In this document: positions 56,701 to 64,000 of the stretch, one piece after another
Layout: every line of letters starts with the position of its first letter
How positions within the stretch are numbered: the first letter of the stretch is position 1
Source: Candidatus Rifleibacteriota bacterium
GTDB lineage: Bacteria > Muiribacteriota > Ozemobacteria > Ozemobacterales > Ozemobacteraceae
DNA: 64,000 nt
Direction: 5' to 3'
NCBI GenBank assembly: GCA_024710355.1
Contig: JANJUX010000047.1
Coordinates: 2,542 to 66,541, forward strand
The notes under the pieces: generated by a model
The model's database searches: none
What the model saw: the letters and a program-made list of their open reading frames with translations, nothing else
What the model was told of the DNA's origin: nothing
Position numbers and translations under genes: made by a program

Positions 56701-57829
56701 GTGGAATACGAAGTCGTCGAAAAAATTCGAACGATGAAAACCCGGCTCTCCGGCATCGGGAGCCATCTTTGACCTGCCCAACAAAAGGCGGCAGATTGAA
56801 GAGCTTGAGTCAGCGACATTAAACCCCAATTTCTGGAACGACCGCAACAAGGCCCTGGCCACGAGCCAGAAGATCGCCGAACTCAAAAAGGCGTGCGATG
56901 CCTATGAGGCTGTCAATAAAGAATTTACAGACACAGTAGACCTGCTGGAGCTTGCCGAAGCCGAAAACGACGACGGCATGTTTTCTCAGCTGCTGAATCA
57001 GCTTGACCCGATTAACAGAACGATCGACAACCTTGAGCTGACCACCTTTCTCTCTGAACCATACGATGCTTCCGATGCCTATCTTTCGATCAAGCCCGGT
57101 GCCGGTGGCACCGAGTCGTCAGACTGGGCCTCGATGCTGCTGCGTATGTACCAGCGCTATCTCGATGCTTCCGATCTCAAATACGAGATTCTCGACCTCC
57201 AGGAAGAAGAACAGGGCATCAAGTCTGCAACGCTGCGCATTAAAGGCCAGTATGCCTACGGCTATCTGAAGGGCGAAAAGGGAGTGCACCGCCTGGTGCG
57301 CATTTCGCCGTTCGATTCGAACGCCCGCCGCCATACCAGCTTTACCGCGGTCGACGTCATGCCGATTCTGCCTGATGATGTCGACGTCGAAATCAAAGAA
57401 GACGACCTCAAGCTCGACTTCTTCAGAAGCTCGGGCGCCGGTGGCCAGCACGTTAACAAAACGAGCAGTGCCGTGCGCATCACGCATCTGCCGACCGGTA
57501 TCGTGGTTGCCTGTCAGATCGAGCGCAGTCAGCACCAGAACCGCGAAGTCGCTCTCGGCATGCTGAAAGCCAAGCTCTACGAACTGCAGCAGCAGGAAAA
57601 AAAGAAGGAACTGAAGAACATTTCGGGCGATATGAAAAATATTTCCTGGGGCAATCAGATCAGGTCCTACGTTTTCTGCCCTTATACTCTGGTCAAAGAC
57701 CTGCGCACCGGTCAGTCTACTTCCGATGTCCGCAAGGTCATGGATGGAGACCTTGAGCCCTTTATCAAGGCCTATCTTAACTGGCATGCCAACGGTGAAA
57801 AACCGTTGAATGTTGCCGACGCTGAATAA
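56701..57829 (+). CDS. prfB: Peptide chain release factor 2 with programmed +1 frameshift (join 56701-56769, 56771-57829)
   Basis: AGGAGG RBS, GTG start, 23 codons ending CTT-TGA-C, then the +1 frame continues into SPF, GGQ and WGNQIRSYV motifs. Confidence 0.95.
56758..56773 (+). other. RF2 +1 ribosomal frameshift site
   Basis: GGGAGC-CAT-CTT-TGA-C: internal SD-like element plus slippery CTT-TGA. Confidence 0.9.
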
Positions 57830-57841
57830 TGAGGTAAATCG

Positions 57842-59590
57842 ATGCCCGATGTAAGGAACCTGCTGACGCGCTGCCGCCGTGGCAGTGCCATATTCATGCT
57901 GCTGACGATTGTCGGCGTTCTTTACATTTTCGGCACGATGCTGATCAACTACATGACGCAGGAACGGGCGCAGACAGCCCGGCTCGGCGAGAGCATGCAG
58001 GCCTTCTACCTGGCAGAATCTGCGGTTGAAAAGGGCATGATCAAGATGCGCGAGCTTTTTTCGCAGAAACTGCTGACTGATGGCGGTGAAATCAACGATA
58101 AGATTCTCGCCCTGCTCGATATCGACAGGGCCGAGAACTTTTCGCTGCGCATCAAGATCAACGACGGCGAACTGATCACAGGCGGCAGCGCCGAAGTGCT
58201 CGTCGAAGTCAACAATCTGCGTCTTACCCCTTTCAAGACCTACATTGACGAATACGAGGAGGTGCCCGCGGCTCTCAAGGTCTACCGCAAAGAAAACCGC
58301 GACACCTATGCCGACAAGGCACTCGGCGGCTGGGAAGGCCTGCTGCGTTTCGAAGCCACCGGTCGTTACCGCAATGCCGAAAAGAAAATCGAGGTTATCC
58401 GCGAACTGAAGGTTACTGACCTGACGCCGCCGGCCGAGAACTACACTTTGTTTGTCTCGAACCGCAAGGATGAATATCTGCGCCACGGTGAGTTCAGATG
58501 CCGTAACTGGAGCGTTGTGCGCGAACTGAAGGCGCTGATAGATGATCTGGCTAAAAAGACCCGCGACGCTTTCCAGGAAACCCTCGGCAACACTGCCGGC
58601 GACTTCTTCTGGGAACCGAACATGGCCAGCAACGTCGGCTTTGAGGGCGATATGAAGATTCGCACCCTCAAGGTTATCCGCAAGCTGGTAATGTCGGTTT
58701 CTGACATCAAGATCAAGGATTTCGTCGACATTTCGATTCAGAAACTGCACCCCTATCTCTGGGGCAAGATTCGCACCAACGGCCGTCTGCACGTCTATCT
58801 GCCGTTTTTTGCCGCCGACGATATCATCAACTATTTCGAAGACAACTCGATCTTTTCGCATCAGCGCCCGGAAATCGGCTACCTGTTCTGCAGCAATCAG
58901 CTGCACGACCCGTATCTGAGCAAATATACCTATTATGAAGGCGAAATAATCAGGTATTATCAGAAGCTGAAGCCCTACGTGCTCGGCATTACCGAGACGC
59001 CGTACCCGAGTTCAGATCCTTACACGATGAATACCAAGTTCGACTTCGTTTCGCGCCACCCCGACAAGCTCGAACCAATGCAGCTCGACCGCATCAAGAA
59101 AGATGCGAAAGACTACTGCCACGAATTCATCGAACGCGATCTGACGCTGCAGGGCACCTATTCAAAGCCTGCATCGGTGTGGGGCCTGGTTTACGTTCAG
59201 GGCAACGTTTACATTGGCGGCCGTATCTCCGGGCAGGGCATGATCGTCACCGATGGCGACATTTTCATCACCGAGAACGTCGTGCACGACAGCGCCGCTT
59301 CTTTCCTGTCGCTCGTTTCGCTCAAAGGCACGGTGCGTCTTGCCAAGGGTCTGAACAATGCCAAGATCGAATCGGCGATCTACGCCAAAGAAAGTCTGCT
59401 CGGCGGTGAAGAAGTCAATATCTTCGGCAACCTCGTCGTCGATTCTCTCAACCGCCAGAAGGGCGAAGACGGCCCGCTGATCATGCCCAAGCGTGTGGTC
59501 ATCAACTACGATTCGAATCTGAAGGCTGAGGTCGGCAGCAACGTCTGCTTCAACATCTCTGATTTGATTACGACCCAGCGCGATCTTTAA
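57842..59590 (+). CDS. Large PilX/GspK-like prepilin protein (582 aa)
   Basis: CRRG|SAIFMLLTIVGV; QAFYLAESAVE; C-terminal beta-rich GNLVVDSL region. Confidence 0.75.
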   Translation: MPDVRNLLTRCRRGSAIFMLLTIVGVLYIFGTMLINYMTQERAQTARLGESMQAFYLAESAVEKGMIKMRELFSQKLLTDGGEINDKILALLDIDRAENFSLRIKINDGELITGGSAEVLVEVNNLRLTPFKTYIDEYEEVPAALKVYRKENRDTYADKALGGWEGLLRFEATGRYRNAEKKIEVIRELKVTDLTPPAENYTLFVSNRKDEYLRHGEFRCRNWSVVRELKALIDDLAKKTRDAFQETLGNTAGDFFWEPNMASNVGFEGDMKIRTLKVIRKLVMSVSDIKIKDFVDISIQKLHPYLWGKIRTNGRLHVYLPFFAADDIINYFEDNSIFSHQRPEIGYLFCSNQLHDPYLSKYTYYEGEIIRYYQKLKPYVLGITETPYPSSDPYTMNTKFDFVSRHPDKLEPMQLDRIKKDAKDYCHEFIERDLTLQGTYSKPASVWGLVYVQGNVYIGGRISGQGMIVTDGDIFITENVVHDSAASFLSLVSLKGTVRLAKGLNNAKIESAIYAKESLLGGEEVNIFGNLVVDSLNRQKGEDGPLIMPKRVVINYDSNLKAEVGSNVCFNISDLITTQRDL

Positions 59591-60420
59591 TTTTTCACGG
59601 CGCCGGCAGTGACGCCCGAAACATAGGCGCGCTGCGCCAGCATGAAGACGATCAGCGAGGGAATCGCGGTGACGACACCGCCTGCCAGAAGCACGCCCCA
59701 GCGCCCGAAATGCTTCGAGGTCATCGAAACCAGCGCCACCGGCAGTGTGAACATCGGCTCATCCTGCATGATCACCAGCGGGTATAAAAATTGATCCCAG
59801 GTGTAGATGAAGCTGGTTACCGCCATGCTTGCGAGAATCGGCCGGCAGAGCGGCAAAGCGATGTGAATGAACAAACCGGTTTCGCTGCAGCCGTCGGTGC
59901 GTGCCGCATCGAAGACTTCGTCGGGCAGATCGAGCATGAACTGCCTGATCGCAAATATGCCGAAGGCATGCGCACAGCCCGGAACGATCAGCCCAAGATA
60001 AGAGTTCAGCATTCCCAGAGATTTAACGATGACGAACACCGGAATCATGATCACCTGGCTCGGAATCATCATCGCGAGAATCAGCATCATAAACAGCCGG
60101 TCGCGCCCCGGAAACACCATTCTGGCAAAGGCAAAAGCGGCCAGTGAGTTGATCAGCAGCGATATGAACGTGTAACCAAACGAATGCACGAGACTGTTGA
60201 GGGCAAAGCGCGGCACATCACCGATTTCAAACAGCTGCCTGAATGACTGCAGCGACCACTGTCCCGGCAGATACCGCCCCAGACCGCTGCTCTGTGCCGC
60301 ATCGGTCGCCGGCGCGATCGCCTCGGCCGACATAAAAATGAACGGCAGCATGCTGACCGCCAGCGTAAACACCAGAAAGGCGAAAAAAAGCCCTTCCCGC
60401 AGCAGCCTGCTTTTTAACAT
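59587..60420 (-). CDS. Carbohydrate ABC transporter permease (MalG-like)
   Basis: NSL, AAFAFARMVFPGR, EAA-loop DAARTDGCSE, W..FLYPL, TLPVAL. Confidence 0.92.
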   Translation of the reverse strand: MLKSRLLREGLFFAFLVFTLAVSMLPFIFMSAEAIAPATDAAQSSGLGRYLPGQWSLQSFRQLFEIGDVPRFALNSLVHSFGYTFISLLINSLAAFAFARMVFPGRDRLFMMLILAMMIPSQVIMIPVFVIVKSLGMLNSYLGLIVPGCAHAFGIFAIRQFMLDLPDEVFDAARTDGCSETGLFIHIALPLCRPILASMAVTSFIYTWDQFLYPLVIMQDEPMFTLPVALVSMTSKHFGRWGVLLAGGVVTAIPSLIVFMLAQRAYVSGVTAGAVKN

Positions 60421-60773
60421 TTGTCAGAATCGCCAGTGATTTCGAGGTTTTTCTTCAAACAATCTTCGACTTTCAGCCAGTCTTCTCTGTTTAGTTGGCC
60501 GAGTTTCTTTTGCAGCATAAGTTTTTTAATTGTCGTGATGATACCGGTAACCGCAGACGGAAAAAGCAGACCTGCCGACTCCCAGTTTTTAATCGTAACA
60601 TCGCCGTAAATCTTGCGGATAACATTGCTGGTGATCGGCAATACTATGACTTCATCGCGCTTTTCGTTATATTGCCTGCCGCTGATAATTACTACCGGCC
60701 GCTTTTTGGTTGCGGTCGCATCTGTGAAAATGATTTCCGCAAGATGCACTTCGCCTTTTTTAAAGTTTGTCAT
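60414..60773 (-). CDS. PemK/MazF-family toxin
   Basis: KKGEVHL..IIFTD...TKKRPVVIIS, VIVLPITS, WESAGL..PS; stop overlaps the permease start. Confidence 0.9.
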   Translation of the reverse strand: MTNFKKGEVHLAEIIFTDATATKKRPVVIISGRQYNEKRDEVIVLPITSNVIRKIYGDVTIKNWESAGLLFPSAVTGIITTIKKLMLQKKLGQLNREDWLKVEDCLKKNLEITGDSDKC

Positions 60774-61002
60774 AGGCGGCATCTTTGTCGTTGTCCCATA
60801 TTTCCATCAGCAATGCTGTCGGCTTTGTCATGACTTTGTACAAATCTTCCTGTTCAGCATCTAGAGCCATCCTGGTTCGTATGCTTTCCACAACGAATTC
60901 TTTCAGAGTCTTGCCCTGGTAGGCCGCATAAGACTTTATTTTTCGGTGTTCTTCCGGTGTCAGATCAATAGTTAATCTTTCCCGCTTTGCAGTATTTGCC
61001 AT
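60760..61002 (-). CDS. Antitoxin (RHH/DUF1778-like N-terminus, acidic WDNDKDAAYDKL tail)
   Basis: RLTIDLTPEEHRKIKSYAA..GKTLKEFV; overlaps the toxin start. Confidence 0.75.
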   Translation of the reverse strand: MANTAKRERLTIDLTPEEHRKIKSYAAYQGKTLKEFVVESIRTRMALDAEQEDLYKVMTKPTALLMEIWDNDKDAAYDKL

Positions 61003-61024
61003 AGAAATCTCCACATTGTTTACT

Positions 61025-61040
61025 TTGTAACATTGTAACA
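61025..61040. promoter_or_regulatory. Tandem direct repeat, candidate antitoxin operator
   Basis: TTGTAACA TTGTAACA immediately upstream of the antitoxin gene. Confidence 0.5.
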
Positions 61041-61212
61041 TTTCTACAATTTTGCGGCCATGGCTTTGCCGGCTAACTGTTTCTGCCTCTTTCGCCTGGT
61101 TTTTCTCAGCAATTCATGCAATGGAAATGCTTGCAGAGGTTTGGAGGCAAAAAAGCAACGCCCTGGCCGAATCGTCGACTGGCCAGGGCGTATGTGGGTC
61201 GTTAAACTGCTG

Positions 61213-62139
61213 TTACCAGCGGGTGTTGGGGTTTTTCGGCGGAGCTTTTTCTCTGGGTTCGGGGGCTGGCATGCTGCCGAGCGCTTTGACGAATTCGCCG
61301 AAGGCTTTTTCGATTGTCAGCTTCGGGTCGTTGAGTTCAACTGCGGCATGCACGAACAGTCCCTTGCTGTCGGCGCGGTTGTAGAAGATTTTGCCTTCGA
61401 CCCTGTTGTTCTGAACCTGAGCGAAAACACCCTGCGGCTCGACGCCTTCGCTGAGATAATTTTCGAGCCAGGCGGCTACCGGGTTCGGGCCGCGGCCGAG
61501 TTTTTCCATTCTGGCCTGGCGGCGTTCGCTTCTCTTTGTCATTTCGCCTTTGAGATATTCACTGCCGCCAACCATCAAGCCGGCATAGGCCTTGTCATCG
61601 AAGTTTTTCAGAAGTTCATCGAAATCTTTGCTGATCTCTTTGCCGCCTCTGGCTTCGAGGTAAACACTCAGGGCCGCGAATGTACCGAAGGCAACCTTGC
61701 CTGAGTCGATAAAGCACAGACCGCCCTTGCCGTCAGGGGATTTGATAACGCTGTATTCACCAAGCTTTTCTTCGCTGATTTCTTTGCCGATCTTTTCTTT
61801 GATGAAGCCCATGATTTTGTCTTTGTTGAATGTGCCTGAAAGAACGATCACGGCATTGTCTTCTCTCTTTGTGGCGCCCTTTTTAACCATGGCCTGAATT
61901 TTTGCAATGTCTTTCAGCGGGTTGAAAGAGGTTGCAGTCATGAATTCATTGAGTTTCTGCTTTGCCATGTCAGGGATCGGTGCAGAAGTCAGCAGATCGC
62001 CAAGCGGCAGCCCGGCATGGTTGTTGACGAAGGCAACGATATTGGCGCCGGCCGGTATCGGCTCAAGTTCGAGTGCCAGAGCCGGGAAAACCGAAACAAG
62101 GGCAAAAAGAACGCAGGCGAGCATAATTTTTCTGGTCAT
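61213..62139 (-). CDS. Secreted hypothetical protein
   Basis: MTRKIMLACVLFALVSVFPALA signal; GAGGAGG RBS. Confidence 0.75.
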   Translation of the reverse strand: MTRKIMLACVLFALVSVFPALALELEPIPAGANIVAFVNNHAGLPLGDLLTSAPIPDMAKQKLNEFMTATSFNPLKDIAKIQAMVKKGATKREDNAVIVLSGTFNKDKIMGFIKEKIGKEISEEKLGEYSVIKSPDGKGGLCFIDSGKVAFGTFAALSVYLEARGGKEISKDFDELLKNFDDKAYAGLMVGGSEYLKGEMTKRSERRQARMEKLGRGPNPVAAWLENYLSEGVEPQGVFAQVQNNRVEGKIFYNRADSKGLFVHAAVELNDPKLTIEKAFGEFVKALGSMPAPEPREKAPPKNPNTRW

Positions 62140-62252
62140 GGTTCCTCCTCAAAAATACAACTGTTAATTCACCATAACCTTTAATACAGCAAAAAAACAA
62201 GAAGGTTCAAACCCGCCGTTTATTTTCTGGTTGCCGAAGGGGTCTGTAAATT

Positions 62253-64000
62253 TCAGCTGAGTTTGCGGCGTATTGACTGCTGCCAGAGGTTGAAAAGCAG
62301 AAAGAAGGCGAACAACACCACGATCACCGATGAGGCATAGCCCAGCTGAAATGAGCCAAAAGCGCGATTATACGAAAACAGCAGCAGTGACATGGTAGCG
62401 TCTTTCGGCCCGCCGCCGGTCAGCACGTATGGTTCGAGAAAAAACTGAATATTGGCCACAATCGAGCCAACCACGAGAGCAAAAAGCGTGCGTCTGAGCC
62501 CGGGCAGAGTGACGTGGCGCAGTTCGTGCCGGTAGGTACCGCCATCAATGCGAACCGCTTCATACAGGTCGCGGTTGATAAGTTCAAGACCGGCGAGCAG
62601 AATTATCATGCTGAGCCCGTAACTGCGCCAGATCGAGAAAACAATCAGGGCCGGCAATGCCAGGTCGGCATCGTTGAGCCAGTTGATCGGGCCGAAACCC
62701 AGCCAGTTGACCAGATCGTTCAACGGGCTCTGCTGACAATAAAGCCAGCGCCAGGTCACCGCCGACGCCACTGTGGTAACGACCGATGGCAGAAAGAACC
62801 CCATCGCCAGCAGGTTGCGTTTCCAGCCTTTAAAGCGGTTAACGACCAGTGCCAGCGTCAGGGCGAACAGAAGATTGGCTGGCACTCCGACGCAGAGGTA
62901 TATCAGCGTGTTTCTGACGCTTTTCCAGAAGATCTGGTCGTGATACAGCTGATGAAAATTACTCAGCGCAATGAACTTTGCCCGCGCCGGGTCGGTGATG
63001 CTCGCGGCACCCAGGTCGGTGAGACTAGCCGCGAAAGCGACACAAAGCGGTAATAATCTGAAAATCAGCAGAATCAGCAGGGCCGGGCCGAGAAACCAGG
63101 CGGCCTTTCTCAGCGATGTCGCTGCAAAAGCCTGCTGAACCGTTTGCCCCGAATGTGATTTGAAGCCGTTGACAACATAGACCGAGACGAGCAGCAACGG
63201 AAACACCGAAAGGGCCAGCCAGTAAAAATTGCCGGTCGCCGGCGACTGTGCCGCTTCCTTCTCTTTGACAATCGCGGCCATCGTGTCGTTCATCAGCCTG
63301 ACGAAGGTCTTTGCATCATCATTACTTTCGAGAAAAGCGTCATATTGCCGGTAAAATCTGTCCCAGAAGATGCTCCATTCTTTTTCCGGCGGCGGCAGCC
63401 GGGTGTCTTCAAGCTGCTGACGAAAAACCTGCATGACCCGGTCTTCAGCCAGTTCTGGGCGGGCCATCGCCGGCCGGCTGGCCGGCAGGTCGCTCGAAAT
63501 TCTGTACCACTCAGCCTGAATAACAGGTCGGCTGAGAAACAGAATCAGTTTCTGCCCGGCTTCTTTGTGTCGTGAATCCTTGAACTGCACCAGATTTGAG
63601 CCACCGATGAACGAAGTTCGGGTTTTGCCCGCCGGCAGAGGCGCCAGATCCCAGGCATTTTTGAGTTTTCCGGCGTTTTTCTTCAGGTCTGAAGCCATCC
63701 AGGGGCCAGAGACAACGACTTCATAAACCCCGTTGTCGAATTCGGTGATGTAGTCGAGACCAGAGTCGTTGGGCTTGCCCAGAAAGCCCTTGCGGCGCAT
63801 GGTGCGGTCATATTCGAGGGCGGCAAGCATGGGCTCTTCTTCAAAAGCCGGTTTATCAGAACTCAGTGGTGAAAACAGGCCGCCGGCCTGCCAGTAGAAC
63901 ATCTCGAAAGTGAAACCATGCATGCTGGCAAAATTGCTGTTTTGCAGCCCGGCGGCGCGTTTGTCGGCGACCACTCTGCGGCCGAATTCGAGAAATTCCT
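62253..64000 (-). CDS. Fusion of sugar ABC solute-binding protein and MalF-like permease, 5'-truncated by the window edge
   Basis: Frame is open to the window end; SBP motifs (SGPWM, APLPAG, FIGGSNL) continuous with permease motifs (FWKSVRNT, EAVRIDGG, RHVTLP, GYAS). Confidence 0.88.
   Translation of the reverse strand, partial: EFLEFGRRVVADKRAAGLQNSNFASMHGFTFEMFYWQAGGLFSPLSSDKPAFEEEPMLAALEYDRTMRRKGFLGKPNDSGLDYITEFDNGVYEVVVSGPWMASDLKKNAGKLKNAWDLAPLPAGKTRTSFIGGSNLVQFKDSRHKEAGQKLILFLSRPVIQAEWYRISSDLPASRPAMARPELAEDRVMQVFRQQLEDTRLPPPEKEWSIFWDRFYRQYDAFLESNDDAKTFVRLMNDTMAAIVKEKEAAQSPATGNFYWLALSVFPLLLVSVYVVNGFKSHSGQTVQQAFAATSLRKAAWFLGPALLILLIFRLLPLCVAFAASLTDLGAASITDPARAKFIALSNFHQLYHDQIFWKSVRNTLIYLCVGVPANLLFALTLALVVNRFKGWKRNLLAMGFFLPSVVTTVASAVTWRWLYCQQSPLNDLVNWLGFGPINWLNDADLALPALIVFSIWRSYGLSMIILLAGLELINRDLYEAVRIDGGTYRHELRHVTLPGLRRTLFALVVGSIVANIQFFLEPYVLTGGGPKDATMSLLLFSYNRAFGSFQLGYASSVIVVLFAFFLLFNLWQQSIRRKLS

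Noticed and set aside
57119-58906. 595-aa minus-strand ORF
   Set aside because: Antisense shadow of prfB and the PilX-like gene, with no motifs, RBS or signal; expected from strong codon bias on the coding strand
1-64000. tRNA, rRNA, integrase or prophage genes
   Set aside because: None recognised; intergenic gaps are short and mostly explained by promoters, terminators or scars

Overview
64-kb bacterial chromosomal window with no rRNA, tRNA or CRISPR array that I can support. A housekeeping backbone (fusA copy, gnd, lgt-hprK-yvcK-whiA, hpf-ptsN-secA-prfB with the classic CTT-TGA +1 frameshift) is interleaved with many exported proteins of unknown function. The main accessory signal is a family of 8 prepilin-like genes in four separate cassettes. 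They form recurring PilV/GspI-like + PilX/GspK-like pairs with shared motifs, two cassettes sit in or directly after the secA-prfB run, and no pilus motor or peptidase is in the window. Also present: a 1790-aa secreted double-vWA protein; a secreted helical protein with a hydrophobic hairpin upstream of one pilin cassette; two sigma-54 promoters with palindromic enhancers, each beside its likely activator gene; a metal/sulfur-cofactor-type cluster with a shared TGGC-N4-GCCA operator; a Tat-signal radical SAM enzyme; an SBP-permease fusion; three toxin-antitoxin loci (one with an internally deleted toxin); and unannotated scars of an MCP gene and an IS21 istB. The style (sigma-54, Lgt, many pilin-like genes, HprK/WhiA) suggests to me an anaerobic diderm of a poorly studied lineage such as Riflebacteria. 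That is an impression only and was not checked by any search.
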